Positions 40,086-51,094 are shown, counted from the stretch's first letter. The stretch is 64,000 nucleotides of DNA from an uncultured Spirochaetaceae bacterium (GCA_964397655.1 CAYNKA010000014.1:23234-87233); one strand, 5' to 3'. Numbers and translations are program-made. Notes: generated from the sequence alone by a model not told the origin.

Positions 40086-41465
40086 ATGAGCGAAGGAAAC
40101 TGGGACTACAGCGTATTCTGGAAGGAAGCGATCAAACAGCTCCGTGAAGAAATCAGCGACCAGGAATACCTGATGTGGTTCAACAATATCTCATACGACA
40201 GTTCGCGGGAGAACGAGATCATCATTTCGGTTCCTTCCTCATTCTACCGCGATCAAGTGAAACAACGATACCTCGCGCTCATCGAGGGAAAGCTCCATGA
40301 GCTTTCCGGCAATAAAATTACGTTGGACTTCAACATCAAAAAAGCCGCGCATCAGGAAGCGGCCGTCGATAAAAAAAAGCCGGCCGACCCCGTCAGAACC
40401 GATGCCGTCAAAAAGGTCCGCCCTGTCCATTCCCAGTTGAAAAAAGAATATAATTTCGACAACTTCGTAATCGGGGTGAACAACTCGTTCGCCGCCAATG
40501 CGGCCTACGCGATCGCGAAAAATCCCGGAACCGGCTACAACCCCTGCCTCATCTACGGAGGAGTGGGGTTGGGCAAGACGCATCTCATCCAATCCATAGG
40601 GAACTCCGTCTATCAGGAATTCGAGAATTTCAAGGTCGTCTACGTTACCGCCGAGAGCTTCACGAACGAGTTCATCCAGGCGATCCGCGACAAGACGACC
40701 CAGAAATTCAAGAACAAGTACAGGAACGCCGACGTCCTCCTGATCGACGACATTCACTTCCTCCAGAACAAGGTCGAAACCCAGGAGGAACTTTTCCATA
40801 CGTTCAACGCCCTCTATGAAACGAACAAGCAGATGGTCTTCACCTGCGACCGACCGGTGTCCGAACTGAAGACGCTGTCCGACAGACTGCGCAGCCGGTT
40901 CGAACGCGGATTGAACGTGGACCTCCAGCCTCCTTCCTACGAAACCCGTTTCGCCATTCTCAAGAAAAAAATAGAGAACGGACGCATCCCCATACCCGAG
41001 GATGTCATCAATCTCATATGCAGCAACGTCACGACGAACGTCCGTGATCTCGAGGCAGCCCTGACGAAACTCGTCGCATACGCGGAGCTGGTGAGCAAGA
41101 ACATTACTTTGGATATCGCCAAGGCGCAGCTCAAGGACCTTTTCTCCACCTCGAGACAGAGCAATGTCACCATCGACATCATCAAGCGGGACGTGGCGGA
41201 TTACTTCGGTCTTTCTCACGCGGATCTCAGCGGCAAGAAAAGAACGAAGGTCATCGCCTTTCCCCGTCAGATCGCCATGTTCCTCGCCCGCGAAATAACC
41301 GAATATTCCACCACGGAAGTCGGCCTGGAATTCGGCGGCAGGGATCACACGACGGTCATGCATGCGTGCCAGAGGATCGAAAACAAGATGAAAATGGATC
41401 CCACCTTGGAACCCATTCTTCAACATCTCAAGAGGACCATAAAGGAGCACAGCACGAAATCATAA
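40086..41465 (+). CDS. dnaA: chromosomal replication initiator DnaA
   Basis: 459 aa. AAA+ GGVGLGKTHL, LLIDDIHF and the C-terminal DNA-binding domain. Confidence 0.95.
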   Translation: MSEGNWDYSVFWKEAIKQLREEISDQEYLMWFNNISYDSSRENEIIISVPSSFYRDQVKQRYLALIEGKLHELSGNKITLDFNIKKAAHQEAAVDKKKPADPVRTDAVKKVRPVHSQLKKEYNFDNFVIGVNNSFAANAAYAIAKNPGTGYNPCLIYGGVGLGKTHLIQSIGNSVYQEFENFKVVYVTAESFTNEFIQAIRDKTTQKFKNKYRNADVLLIDDIHFLQNKVETQEELFHTFNALYETNKQMVFTCDRPVSELKTLSDRLRSRFERGLNVDLQPPSYETRFAILKKKIENGRIPIPEDVINLICSNVTTNVRDLEAALTKLVAYAELVSKNITLDIAKAQLKDLFSTSRQSNVTIDIIKRDVADYFGLSHADLSGKKRTKVIAFPRQIAMFLAREITEYSTTEVGLEFGGRDHTTVMHACQRIENKMKMDPTLEPILQHLKRTIKEHSTKS

Positions 41466-41500
41466 TAAAAGAAAAAGCTGTTAATAAATTCCGTTTTTAC

Positions 41501-41566
41501 GTGTATAATACAAGCCGTAGAAACATATGTGAGTGAATTGTGGACAACGGGCCCGATTTATCCACC
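41501..41566. promoter_or_regulatory. dnaA-dnaN intergenic DnaA boxes (candidate oriC segment)
   Basis: TTGTGGACAA at 41538-41547, TTATCCACC at 41558-41566 and GTGTATAAT at 41501-41509 in AT-rich DNA. Confidence 0.5.
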
Positions 41567-41669
41567 GATGTAATTTTATTCGGTAGTTATAGATAAGCTG
41601 GTTACTCACATAATATCTGCGCCTACTTCTATTACGACTATTCTTAATATTATGCAAGGAGCGGTCGAG

Positions 41670-42776
41670 ATGAAATTTACGTGTGAAAAAGACGTCCTCT
41701 TGAAGGAAATCTCCATTGCCCAGGAAATCATTTCTTCCAAAAACGCCCTTTCCATTCTCTCCAACGTCCTTCTCGAAGCCAGCAACAACACGTTGATCAT
41801 CAAGGCGACGGATCTGAAGGTGAGTTTCGAAACCAGGATCCCGGTCGAGGTGGCGGCTCCCGGCAGCACGACCATTTTCTGCGATAAATTCCTCGGAATC
41901 CTCCGGACCCTTCCTTCAGGAGAAGTCGAATACGAATCGCAGGAAAACGATGTGATGATCATCAAACCGCTCTTCAAGAAGATCGACTTCAGACTGAAGA
42001 CTATTTCCTCCGACAAATTCCCGGAAATCCAGACCGCTGCTCAGGAGCAGTTTTTCGATTTTTCCCAGAAAGACATCATGGAGATGATTTCTCAGACCAT
42101 ATTCGCGGTTTCCGACGACGAGACTCGCTACTACATGAACGGCGTGTTCCTCGAGAAGAACGAGGACAAGATCGTCATGGTCGCGACCGACGGACGCCGC
42201 CTATCCTTCATTTCCAAGAAACCGGAAAACAACGTTCCGGAATTCAAGGGAATCATCGTGCCTCCGAAGGCTCTCAATCTCGTGAGGAAGCTCGCATCGG
42301 GCGAAGGCAACATCTCCATCGCGGTGACGGACAAGAACGCCTTCATCCAATTCGACAATCAGAAGATTTCCACCGCCCTCATCGAAGGACAGTTCCCTAA
42401 CTATCAACGGGTCATCCCCTCTGAGCAGCAGTATCAGATTCAGCTGAAGAAGGAAGAACTCGTCGAGGCCCTGAAACGCGTATCCCTCCTCGTTGAGCAG
42501 AAATCCAAGAGAATCTACATGAATCTCAAGGACAGGACCATGATCCTGAGTTCCGAGGAAAGCGAAATCGGCGTGGCGAAGGAAGAGATTCCGTGCGATT
42601 ACACGGGTCCTGAAACCATAATGGCCTTGAATTATCTCTACCTCATGGAACCGCTCAGGGTCATGACGGACGAAGACATCATCATCCAGTTCACCGAACC
42701 GAGCAAAGCTCTCACTCTCAAGGCGACGTCGGAGAAGGACTATTTCCACATCATCATGCCCATGCAGCTCGAGTAG
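41670..42776 (+). CDS. dnaN: DNA polymerase III beta sliding clamp
   Basis: Start at internal ATG (MKFTCEKDVL) after an AGGAG RBS. Three-domain clamp. Confidence 0.9.
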   Translation: MKFTCEKDVLLKEISIAQEIISSKNALSILSNVLLEASNNTLIIKATDLKVSFETRIPVEVAAPGSTTIFCDKFLGILRTLPSGEVEYESQENDVMIIKPLFKKIDFRLKTISSDKFPEIQTAAQEQFFDFSQKDIMEMISQTIFAVSDDETRYYMNGVFLEKNEDKIVMVATDGRRLSFISKKPENNVPEFKGIIVPPKALNLVRKLASGEGNISIAVTDKNAFIQFDNQKISTALIEGQFPNYQRVIPSEQQYQIQLKKEELVEALKRVSLLVEQKSKRIYMNLKDRTMILSSEESEIGVAKEEIPCDYTGPETIMALNYLYLMEPLRVMTDEDIIIQFTEPSKALTLKATSEKDYFHIIMPMQLE

Positions 42777-42781
42777 AGGGC

Positions 42782-43852
42782 ATGGGATTTTCCTCGATCA
42801 GGCTCTATAATTTCCGTAACCTTGAAGACCGCGTGCTTCCCGTTTCGGCGCCCGAGGTCTTTCTCGTCGGTGAGAACGGCCAGGGAAAGACGAACCTGCT
42901 CGAGGCCGTTTATTGTCTGAGCTTCGGGTCTTCCTTTCGTACGAAAAAGGACGAAAGCCTCATCCGGCACGACGGGGAGGAAACGGCGGTCGAAGGTTTC
43001 TCCGATTCCTCGTCCTCGGTGACGGTGAGGATCTCCAAGGGACAGAAAGAACTCAAACTCGATGGGAAGACCGTGCGCGACCGCGCGGAGATGGTCGGCA
43101 GGTACCCATGCATCGTGTTCTCTCACGAAGACATCGGCTACATAACCGGCAATCCCGAGCGGCAGAGGACCTTCTTCAACCAAACCATCGTGCTTCAGGA
43201 TCCTCTCTTCCTCGATACGATCAGGAGGTATTCGAAGGTCCTCAAGCAGCGCAACGCCGCGGTCAAAGCCCGCTCGTCGGAGTTGATCGAAATCTACGAC
43301 GAAGAATTGGCAGCTTCGGGTCTCGTCTTCACCGAGCGCAGGCGCCGGCTCGTAGCCGATTTCAACGAAGATTTCGGCCGGCTTTTTCGGGAAATATCCG
43401 GCCTGGATGTTCCGATTTCGATTCGGTACGTTCCATCATGGAAGGCCGACTGCCAGGAAAAGGCGCTCGAGGAGCTTCGTGCGCAGAAAGACCGGGATTT
43501 TTTCTTTTCGACGACGACCTCCGGTCCTCATCGCGACAGGTTCCGGTTCATGTTCGGGACGAAGGATTTCGCCCACTCCGCATCCACAGGACAGATCCGT
43601 CTCGCGTCGCTCATCCTGAAGACCGCCCAAGCCGTCGGATTCTCCGCATTCTCGGGAAGACTCCCCATCCTCCTTCTGGACGACGTACTTCTGGAAATGG
43701 ACCCGGAAAGGAGAAGGAGATTCATCGAACATCTTCCCGAATACGATCAGACCTATTTCACCTTTCTCCCGGATGAGCCGTTTTCCTCGTATCGTAAACG
43801 TGATACGCTCGTATACAAGGTGAAGGAAGGACGTTTCTTCGAACATGGATAA
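42782..43852 (+). CDS. recF: DNA replication and repair protein RecF
   Basis: Walker A GENGQGKTNLLEA and the SMC-like signature. Confidence 0.9.
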   Translation: MGFSSIRLYNFRNLEDRVLPVSAPEVFLVGENGQGKTNLLEAVYCLSFGSSFRTKKDESLIRHDGEETAVEGFSDSSSSVTVRISKGQKELKLDGKTVRDRAEMVGRYPCIVFSHEDIGYITGNPERQRTFFNQTIVLQDPLFLDTIRRYSKVLKQRNAAVKARSSELIEIYDEELAASGLVFTERRRRLVADFNEDFGRLFREISGLDVPISIRYVPSWKADCQEKALEELRAQKDRDFFFSTTTSGPHRDRFRFMFGTKDFAHSASTGQIRLASLILKTAQAVGFSAFSGRLPILLLDDVLLEMDPERRRRFIEHLPEYDQTYFTFLPDEPFSSYRKRDTLVYKVKEGRFFEHG

Positions 43853-44330
43853 AGCAGGAGACATCCTCAAATCGTTTTTCTCGTTCTATCATCTCGACAG
43901 GGGAGAAGCCTACGTTTCGTTCTTTTCGCGCTGGAGGGAACTCGTCGGTGACGATATCGCTTCTCACGCTAGAACCGTGGACATAAAAAAGGGGGCTCTC
44001 GTCGTAGAGGTGGATCATCCCGGCTGGATGCAGCTTCTCCAGATCAGGCAGGCGGAGATTCTCAGAACGATAGAAAGGCGATTTCCCGAACTGAATATCC
44101 GCTGCATCCACATGCGTCTGGTCAAGGACGTCCCAAAGGTCTATTCAGACCCTCCGGTCGAGGAGGCTATCGATTCCGAAGTCTCCCTATCCGCTCCGGA
44201 GACTACGGCTCCCGTTACGCGGACCGAGGATATTGCAAACATCCGGGACGAGGATTTGAGGAAAATTCTCTTGAAGCTCGGCAGGAGCATAGAGGAAAAG
44301 AACCGAAAACGCCGGAAATCCGCGCATTGA
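43845..44330 (+). CDS. DUF721 (DciA-like) protein
   Basis: 161 aa, overlapping recF by 8 nt. DUF721 proteins typically sit in the dnaA-dnaN-recF neighbourhood. Confidence 0.5.
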   Translation: MDKAGDILKSFFSFYHLDRGEAYVSFFSRWRELVGDDIASHARTVDIKKGALVVEVDHPGWMQLLQIRQAEILRTIERRFPELNIRCIHMRLVKDVPKVYSDPPVEEAIDSEVSLSAPETTAPVTRTEDIANIRDEDLRKILLKLGRSIEEKNRKRRKSAH

Positions 44331-44394
44331 CACGACGTGAGCTTCAAAGTATACTACGTCCTCCCGGTATTCTTGTGCAATCAGGAGAATCGTA

Positions 44395-44550
44395 ATGAAA
44401 CGGACATATCAGCCGAGCAAGCGGAAAAGAATCAGGAAATTCGGTTTCCGGGCTCGCATGGCCACGAAAAGCGGAAGACTTGTGCTCATGAGAAGAAGAA
44501 GGAAGGGAAGAAGCAAACTGACCGCTTCCGATGAACAGAAGGCTTTTTAA
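44395..44550 (+). CDS. rpmH: 50S ribosomal protein L34
   Basis: [42 protein letters not shown]. Read manually. It is absent from the ORF track, being under 60 aa, and the track ORF 44337-44534 is in a different, rejected frame. Confidence 0.85.
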   Translation: MKRTYQPSKRKRIRKFGFRARMATKSGRLVLMRRRRKGRSKLTASDEQKAF

Positions 44551-44902
44551 GGAAGAACGACTCTCGTCGCATTCCGCCCTCGGGAGAGTTTTTTCCTCTC
44601 CCAACAGGGTGGGTGGCAAAGGAATGAAGCTTCTTTTCATTTCGAACGGGTTGGATTACAATCGAATCGTCGTTTCTCCCGTGAGAAAATTCGGAAACGC
44701 CGTACGGAGGAACCGAGCCAGAAGGGTCGGAAAAGAAGTATACAGACAGCTCAAGTATTTGATAAAGCCTGGATTTGACCTGGCTTTCATTCTTTTTCCA
44801 GGAGATTATTCATATGGAGAGAGAATCTCGCAGTTCTCCTCTCTCCTCGGAAAGGCTGGAATTCTTCGCGAGGACCAGGGGTTTTCTTCAGCGTATCATT
44901 GA
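44531..44902 (+). CDS. rnpA: ribonuclease P protein component
   Basis: 123 aa. RLFKEERL... aligns with the RnpA N-terminus, and the basic RNR-motif region RRNRARR is present. Overlaps the 3' end of rpmH. Confidence 0.7.
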   Translation: MNRRLFKEERLSSHSALGRVFSSPNRVGGKGMKLLFISNGLDYNRIVVSPVRKFGNAVRRNRARRVGKEVYRQLKYLIKPGFDLAFILFPGDYSYGERISQFSSLLGKAGILREDQGFSSAYH

Positions 44903-45095
44903 ATTGGCTATCGTCGGATACCGGAAATTCCTTTCACCTTTTCTTCCCCCTTCCTGCAGGTTCTACCCTACGTGTTCTGAATATGCTTTAGAAGCAGTGA
45001 AAAAATTCGGTCCGTGCAAGGGATCGTGGCTTGGTTTGAAGCGCATACTCCGGTGTCATCCCTGGAACCCCGGCGGATACGATCCGGTTCCGTAA
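44814..45095 (+). CDS. yidD: membrane protein insertion efficiency factor YidD
   Basis: [14 protein letters not shown]...[14 protein letters not shown]. The start position is uncertain; an internal ATG was chosen. Confidence 0.65.
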   Translation: MERESRSSPLSSERLEFFARTRGFLQRIIELAIVGYRKFLSPFLPPSCRFYPTCSEYALEAVKKFGPCKGSWLGLKRILRCHPWNPGGYDPVP

Positions 45096-45115
45096 AAAAA
45101 AATTTAGGAGTTCGA

Positions 45116-46876
45116 ATGGACAAAAACACCTTGTTGGCCGTAGTTCTGTCCGTCGTCATTATTACGATTGGCTTTATGGTGCAGAACGTTTTTTTCCCTC
45201 CCGTAACCGCAAAACAGTCCGCGGAAACCGTGAAGGAGACGGTTAAGCAGCCTGAAACGACGGCTGCTCTTCCCGCTCCTTCTTCGCCAGCAGGCCCCGG
45301 CCCGGTGCAGCCGCAGGCTCAGACCGTCCCGAGCGGAGCGGTGGTGCCCGTGCCGGACGATACCGTCCAGATCCAGAATATCGCGTTCGAAACCGATGTT
45401 TTCAAGGCGGTCTTTTCCACGAAGGGCGGGGAACTCGTTTCCCTCCAGCTGAAAGATCACAAGGACAAGGAATCGTTCGTCGACATGGTCAAACGAGGCG
45501 ATCCTTCCAAGGCGGGTGCTTTCGCTCTCGCTTTCGGCGGTCCCGACGCCAAGACCGTGGACGCGGTTTTTCACGCCAGAAAACGCGATTCGAATTCGAT
45601 CGAATTTTTCCGCGATTTCCAAATAGCCGGATACGAGAATTCGACGTTTCGCCTGACGAAGGCTTTCATCTTGAAACCCGGCGAATACCTCATGCAGGTC
45701 GATATCTCCCTGGAGAATTCCCAGAATCAATACCTGCCGCTCAATTTCAACAACGTCGCCTATACTCTGTCGTACGGTCCCCAGATCGGCCCGGAATACG
45801 CAAAACTCGACGGTCAATACGATTATCGAAAGTTCTTCGCCTATATCGACGGAAAACGAAAGGATCTGGAAGTCTCGGACGGAAAAGAGAAGAAACTCGA
45901 AAGCAAGGCGGGCTGGTTCGGGATCGTCGGAAAGTACTTCGAAGTTCTCGCCGCACCGGTCTATTCGGATTATCAGGTCGTCCTCTCCGCGAAACCGGAG
46001 GAAGGGCTTTCTCATTCCGCGAAAATCCTGATTTCGAAACCGGTGTTCAAAAGCGCCAAGAACCTCGATTCCTACAGGTTCTATGCGGGCCCCCGCGTCG
46101 CGAAGTATCTCGAACGGTACAACAATAAACAGGACAATGCCTTCGGAATCCAGGACATGAGACTCGAGGAATCCGTAGATTCCAGTTTCTTTCTCGGATG
46201 GCTCGAAACCATCCTCAAATTTCTCCTCCGGGTATTTTATGCTATAATACCCAATTGGGGAGTCTCCATCATCCTCGTCACCATCGTGGTGAAGGTGCTC
46301 ATGTTCCCTCTTACTCACAAGAGCTTTCAGTCGACGAGCAGGATGCAGGGAATGGCTCCCAAAATGGAGGAGCTGAAGAAAAAATACAAGGACAATCCCG
46401 CGAAATTGAATCAGGAGATGGCTGCCTTGTACAAAAAAGAAGGAATCAATCCCATGAGCGGATGCCTTCCTCTTTTGCTTCAGATCCCGATCTTTTTCGC
46501 CATGTACGGGCTCTTCAGCAACCATTTCGATCTTCGTGGTGCGGCCTTTCTGCCGCCGTGGATCACCGATCTTTCGGCACCCGAGTCGATCTGGAACTTT
46601 GCGCCCGTCAAGATCCCGATACTCGGTTGGAGCGATATCCGGTTGCTGCCGATATTGTTCGTGGCGACCCAGCTCGTCAGCGGCAAGTTCACCCAGACTC
46701 CCGGTGCCGTCTCCAACGCCCAGATGAAGATGATGACCTATGGCATTCCGATCGTATTTTTCTTCATCCTGTACGACGTTCCTTCGGGGCTGTTGGTCTA
46801 CTGGATCGTGATGAACATTCTCACGATCGTCCAGCAGATGTACATCACCCGAAAGATGAGGGCGAAACGGGACTAG
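45116..46876 (+). CDS. yidC: membrane protein insertase YidC
   Basis: Start at MDKNTLLAVVLSVVIITIGF after a GGAG RBS. Large periplasmic domain, and the conserved YidC core LLPLLLQIPIFFAMY. Confidence 0.9.
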   Translation: MDKNTLLAVVLSVVIITIGFMVQNVFFPPVTAKQSAETVKETVKQPETTAALPAPSSPAGPGPVQPQAQTVPSGAVVPVPDDTVQIQNIAFETDVFKAVFSTKGGELVSLQLKDHKDKESFVDMVKRGDPSKAGAFALAFGGPDAKTVDAVFHARKRDSNSIEFFRDFQIAGYENSTFRLTKAFILKPGEYLMQVDISLENSQNQYLPLNFNNVAYTLSYGPQIGPEYAKLDGQYDYRKFFAYIDGKRKDLEVSDGKEKKLESKAGWFGIVGKYFEVLAAPVYSDYQVVLSAKPEEGLSHSAKILISKPVFKSAKNLDSYRFYAGPRVAKYLERYNNKQDNAFGIQDMRLEESVDSSFFLGWLETILKFLLRVFYAIIPNWGVSIILVTIVVKVLMFPLTHKSFQSTSRMQGMAPKMEELKKKYKDNPAKLNQEMAALYKKEGINPMSGCLPLLLQIPIFFAMYGLFSNHFDLRGAAFLPPWITDLSAPESIWNFAPVKIPILGWSDIRLLPILFVATQLVSGKFTQTPGAVSNAQMKMMTYGIPIVFFFILYDVPSGLLVYWIVMNILTIVQQMYITRKMRAKRD

Positions 46877-46915
46877 GGATCTCCAGAGGAGCAATCCATC
46901 TCCAGGAGAAAATAT

Positions 46916-47581
46916 ATGATTAAAGAATTCGAAGGAAAATCGGAAAAGGAGGCGATCGACAAGGCGATCGAGTCCCTCGGCTTGGAACGGGACGAATTCG
47001 ACGTCGAGATCGTCGAGACGCAAAAATCCGGGTTTCTATTCAAGAAGGGAAAGGTCATCATCCGTGTTCACGTCGGTGATGAGACGGCCGTCGGAAACGA
47101 CCTCTCCCCGGAAAACGATTTTGAACACGGTATCGTGGATTTTGTGGAAAACGTCATCGTGAAAATGGGCTTCCCCGGAAAGGTGAGCATTTCCTTTCGC
47201 GAGGACAAAAAAATCGGACTCAGGATCGAGTCCGACAATTCCGGAATCCTCATCGGCCGGAAGGGAAAGAATCTCGACGCCATTCAGCTGCTCGCAAACG
47301 TCGTGGCCGGTAAGCTCGGCAACGACGACGTACGGGTCATTTTGGACGCGGAAAACTATCGTACCCGACGCGAGGAAAATCTGATCCGCCTCGCCCGCAA
47401 GGTGGGGGAACAGGTGAAGAAAACCAAGGGGTCCAAGCTGCTCGAACCCATGAATCCTTTCGAACGGCGCCTGATCCACACGGCGCTCAACGATCTCGAA
47501 GACGTGGATACCAAAAGCGAGGGCGAGGGGCTGTACAAGCAGGTCCGCGTCTACTACCGCGGTGTCGACCGAGGCACCTGA
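46916..47581 (+). CDS. khpB: Jag/KhpB RNA-binding protein (Jag_N plus KH plus R3H)
   Basis: 221 aa. R3H motif RRLIHTAL and a KH GxxG (IGRKGKNL). Confidence 0.85.
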   Translation: MIKEFEGKSEKEAIDKAIESLGLERDEFDVEIVETQKSGFLFKKGKVIIRVHVGDETAVGNDLSPENDFEHGIVDFVENVIVKMGFPGKVSISFREDKKIGLRIESDNSGILIGRKGKNLDAIQLLANVVAGKLGNDDVRVILDAENYRTRREENLIRLARKVGEQVKKTKGSKLLEPMNPFERRLIHTALNDLEDVDTKSEGEGLYKQVRVYYRGVDRGT

Positions 47582-47673
47582 TTCGCGTCCTCCGCTCGTT
47601 AGAAACGGCGACCGCCCGGTATCGTTTTTCGGTATCGGGCGGTTTGCAATTAATGTGCCATCGAACCGATCCT

Positions 47674-47896
47674 GTGGATAACCTGTGAGAAACTCTTTCC
47701 CATTTCTCTCCGACAAAGGCGTTCAATTCCGTGTAGTAGAGAATTTCTCGCGAATCGACAAAAACTTGAGCGTTTCGATGTAAAATAACCTCAGATATTG
47801 CCGGAAAATAGGGAATTTTCGGTTCGGTTTATCCGAAAGGGTCTTCAGCCGCGAAACGACGGTGCGACCCTTCGGACGACATATATTGTGGATAAG
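47674..47896. promoter_or_regulatory. intergenic region downstream of jag with two perfect DnaA boxes
   Basis: TGTGGATAA at 47674-47682 and at 47888-47896, plus TTTATCCGA at 47828. Confidence 0.5.
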
Positions 47897-47918
47897 TTGT
47901 GAATATGCTGAGGAGATT

Positions 47919-48806
47919 CTACCTGGAATTCCATCGGTCGACTTCTATTTTGATTTTTCGGATGAATTCGGGGCTTGTTCCACAGCAGCCTCCGAGGACG
48001 TTAACGCCCGCTTCGAGCAGGCGCGGGATGTAGGACGCATAGGTGTCGGGGGTCATTCGATACACGGTCTTTCCGTCCACGAGCTCGGGAAGGCCGGCGT
48101 TCCCCTTGATCCATACCGGGACTTCCGTGATCCTTCGGAGTTCGGAGGCTAGTTCTACATAGGTGTCGACGCCGGAGCCGCAGTTCGCGCCTATGACCGA
48201 GGCCCCTGCCGCGATCGCAGAGGCTACGCAGTCCTCCGGCGAGTGTCCCATGATCGTTCGGTATCCTGCCTGGCCCTTCTCGTAGGTCATCGAGGCTACC
48301 ACGGGCAGACCTGTCTTCGCCGCGGCACGCACCGCGACCTCCATCTCTCCCATGTCTATCATGGTTTCGATCACGATCCATTCGGCGCCGCCTTCCTTGA
48401 GCGCCGCAGCCTGTTCCTCGAAGGCCGAGAATAGGTCGTCCTCGGATACCTCGCCCATGATGAAGAGCTTTCCCGATGGACCGATGTCCCCCGCCGTTAT
48501 CGCCTTTCCGCCGCAGGCTTCGCGGGTGAGACTAGCGGCGATCCTGTTGATCTCACGAGTCTTGCCGTTCACGCCGTGGCGTTCGAGCTGGAATCGGTTC
48601 CCGCCGAAGCTGTTGGTGAGGATGATGAGGCTGCCCGCGTCTCGATAGGATTCCGCGACTGCCTTCACCGCGTCCGGCTTCGTGAGGTTCCACTCTTCGG
48701 GCGGGTCGCCCTGCTTGAGGCCGCGCTTCAGGAATTCCGTGCCCCAGGCGCCGTCCGCGAGGAGAACCTGCTTCTTCGGGTCCCAGTCTTTTCCGAGGAT
48801 TTTCAT
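47919..48806 (-). CDS. homocysteine S-methyltransferase domain protein (standalone Hcy-binding pterin-like barrel)
   Basis: 295 aa. MetH N-terminal / MmuM-like features (LLADGAWGTE, GANCG, GGCCGT). Confidence 0.7.
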   Translation of the reverse strand: MKILGKDWDPKKQVLLADGAWGTEFLKRGLKQGDPPEEWNLTKPDAVKAVAESYRDAGSLIILTNSFGGNRFQLERHGVNGKTREINRIAASLTREACGGKAITAGDIGPSGKLFIMGEVSEDDLFSAFEEQAAALKEGGAEWIVIETMIDMGEMEVAVRAAAKTGLPVVASMTYEKGQAGYRTIMGHSPEDCVASAIAAGASVIGANCGSGVDTYVELASELRRITEVPVWIKGNAGLPELVDGKTVYRMTPDTYASYIPRLLEAGVNVLGGCCGTSPEFIRKIKIEVDRWNSR

Positions 48807-48838
48807 AGTCTCTAGTCTACCCTACATAGGGAAGGCGC

Positions 48839-50044
48839 TCAAGGGCTTTTTCGGGAAATAACGCCGAGTTCCCTTCCGATTTTTTCGAAGGCGCTCAACG
48901 CGCGGTCCAGGTCTCCCCTCGTGTGCGCGGCGGAAAGCTGCGTGCGAATTCTCGCCTTGCCCTTCGGTACCACGGGGAACGAAAATCCAATGACGTAGAT
49001 ACCTTCCTCCAGAAGGCGGTCCGCCATCGCGGTCGCGAGCTTTTCGTCGTAGAGCATGACGGGGACGATGGCGGTGTCCGTCGGGGGGATGTCGAAACCG
49101 AGCGACTTCATTCCACGTTTGAAATAGGCGGCGTTTTGGGCGACTTTTTTCGGAAGCTCGGGGGAGGACTCGAGGAGTCTGAAGGCTTCCATTACCGCAC
49201 CCGCGATGCCCGGAGCCAGGGTGTTGGAAAAAAGGTAGGGCCTGGATCTCTGCCTGAGGAGGTCGACGATCTCCTTCCTCCCCGAGGTGCAGCCCCCCGA
49301 GGCACCTCCGAGGGCCTTGCCGAAGGTCGTCGTGACGACGTCCACGCGCCCCGCGACGCCGCGGTATTCCATGGTCCCCCTGCCGGTTTCGCCGATGTAG
49401 CCCGTGGCGTGCGAGTCGTCCACCATGACGATGGCGTCGTATTTCTCCGCGAGGGCGCAGATGCCGGCGAGATCCGCGACGTCGCCGTCCATGGAGAAGA
49501 CTCCGTCCGTCGCGACGAGCCGGATGCGCGCGCCCGCCGCCTCCCGGAAACGTTCCTCGAGGTCGGCCATGTCAGCGTGCCGGAAACGGTACTTCCGGGC
49601 CTTGCACAGTCTGATGCCGTCGATGATGGACGCGTGGTTGAGCTCGTCGGAGATCACCGCGTCCTCGGGGCCGAGGAGGGTTTCGAAGAGACCACCGTTC
49701 GCGTCGAAGCAGGATGAATAAAGGATGGTATCTTCGGTGCCGAGGAAGCGGCTCACCGTCCGTTCGAGCTCCTTGTGGATTTCCTGGGTTCCGCAGATGA
49801 ACCGTACCGACGAGAGCCCGAAACCCCAGGCCTTCACCGCCTCGACGGACGCCTCGACCACCTGCGGATGGTTCGCGAGACCGAGATAGTTGTTCGAGCA
49901 GAGGTTGACGACTTCCTTTCCGTCGGCCGTCCGTATGACGCTTCCCTGCGGACTCGAGAGGATCCGCTCCTTCTTCAGGAGCCCGGTCGATGCGATTTCC
50001 GCGACCGTGTCCGCGAAAATTTTTTTCGTCTTCCCGCTCGTCAT
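48839..50044 (-). CDS. kbl: 2-amino-3-ketobutyrate CoA ligase (glycine C-acetyltransferase)
   Basis: Start at internal [11 protein letters not shown]-lysine context [12 protein letters not shown], as in Kbl. Confidence 0.8.
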   Translation of the reverse strand: MTSGKTKKIFADTVAEIASTGLLKKERILSSPQGSVIRTADGKEVVNLCSNNYLGLANHPQVVEASVEAVKAWGFGLSSVRFICGTQEIHKELERTVSRFLGTEDTILYSSCFDANGGLFETLLGPEDAVISDELNHASIIDGIRLCKARKYRFRHADMADLEERFREAAGARIRLVATDGVFSMDGDVADLAGICALAEKYDAIVMVDDSHATGYIGETGRGTMEYRGVAGRVDVVTTTFGKALGGASGGCTSGRKEIVDLLRQRSRPYLFSNTLAPGIAGAVMEAFRLLESSPELPKKVAQNAAYFKRGMKSLGFDIPPTDTAIVPVMLYDEKLATAMADRLLEEGIYVIGFSFPVVPKGKARIRTQLSAAHTRGDLDRALSAFEKIGRELGVISRKSP

Positions 50045-51006
50045 GGTAGCCTTCCCTCCCTTTTTCGCTTTTCCAGGGTTTCCAGCATGTCCTTGGTCAT
50101 GGAATCGAGGTCGTAGGTCGGTTTCCAGTCCCATTCCACGCGCGCGGCGTAATCTTCCAGGCTCTTGGGCCAGGAGTTCGCGATGGCCTGCCGCACGGGA
50201 TCAACCGCGTACGAGATTTCGAACTCGGGCAGGTACTTGCGGATGTAGGCCGCCTGGTCTTCCGGGCAGAAGCTCATGGCGGTAACGTTGAAGGCGTTCC
50301 GGTGGCGGAGCCGGGAAGGGTCGGCCTCCATGATCGTGATCGCGGCCCTGATGGCGTCGGGCATGTACATCATATCGAGATAGGTGTCTCCCTTCAGGAA
50401 GCAGGAGTAGTGCTTCGTCTTGACCGCCTCGTAGTAGATCTCCACCGCGTAGTCGGTCGTTCCTCCTCCGGGAAGGGTCACGTTGGAGACGAGTCCGGGG
50501 TAGCGGACTCCGCGCGTGTCGACGCCGTATTTGTGATGATAGTAATCGCAGAGGAGCTCGCCGGTCACCTTGGTGACGCCGTACATGGTCGTCGGTCGCT
50601 GGATCGTGTCCTGGGGCGTGTAGTCCTTGATGGTCGAGGGCCCGAAGGACCCGATGGAGCTGGGGGTGAAGACCGCGCAGCCGTTCTCGCGGGCGACCTC
50701 CAGCACGGTGACGAGTCCGCCGATGTTGATGTCCCAGGCGAGCGGCGGATTCTTCTCCGCGGTCGCGGAGAGCAGGGCCGCGAGGTGGTAGACGGTGTCT
50801 ATCCTGTAGGCCTTCACGACGCGGTCCAGGGCCTTCCCGTCCCGGCATTCGAGGAGTTCGAAGGGACCGCTTTCGAGAAGCTCGGAATTCCCCTGTTTCC
50901 TTATGTCGGAAACGACCACGTTGTCCGCGCCGTATCGCTTTCTGAGCGCCGGGGCGAGCTCCGATCCAAGCTGTCCGAGAGAACCGGTTATGAGGATTCG
51001 TTTCAT
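50041..51006 (-). CDS. tdh: L-threonine 3-dehydrogenase, SDR/epimerase type
   Basis: 321 aa with [11 protein letters not shown] and YGVTK. Adjacent to kbl, forming the classic tdh-kbl pair. Confidence 0.8.
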   Translation of the reverse strand: MKRILITGSLGQLGSELAPALRKRYGADNVVVSDIRKQGNSELLESGPFELLECRDGKALDRVVKAYRIDTVYHLAALLSATAEKNPPLAWDINIGGLVTVLEVARENGCAVFTPSSIGSFGPSTIKDYTPQDTIQRPTTMYGVTKVTGELLCDYYHHKYGVDTRGVRYPGLVSNVTLPGGGTTDYAVEIYYEAVKTKHYSCFLKGDTYLDMMYMPDAIRAAITIMEADPSRLRHRNAFNVTAMSFCPEDQAAYIRKYLPEFEISYAVDPVRQAIANSWPKSLEDYAARVEWDWKPTYDLDSMTKDMLETLEKRKREGRLP

Positions 51007-51065
51007 GAAAATCCCCTTTTCATTTTATCCGGTTGGTACTAAGCTTGGAAGTGGCCGAAATCGAC

Positions 51066-51094
51066 ATTGACAACCGGAGGGTAAGAGAATATAA
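51066..51094 (+). promoter_or_regulatory. consensus sigma70-type promoter TTGACA-N17-TATAAT reading toward the XRE/cupin regulator
   Basis: Read directly: ttgaca accggagggtaagagaa tataat. Confidence 0.5.

Noticed and set aside
44337-44534. 65 aa ORF ([12 protein letters not shown]...).
   Set aside because: It is in a different frame from the obvious rpmH (L34) coding sequence at 44395-44550.
45104-47023. 639 aa ORF antisense to yidC/jag. Similar long antisense ORFs occur at 40239-41450 (antisense to dnaA), 54445-56268 (antisense to gcvPB) and 56699-58381 (antisense to ahcY).
   Set aside because: No recognisable domains and Arg/Asp/Gly-rich composition. The sense-strand genes are unambiguous. 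These are stop-codon-poor antisense frames.
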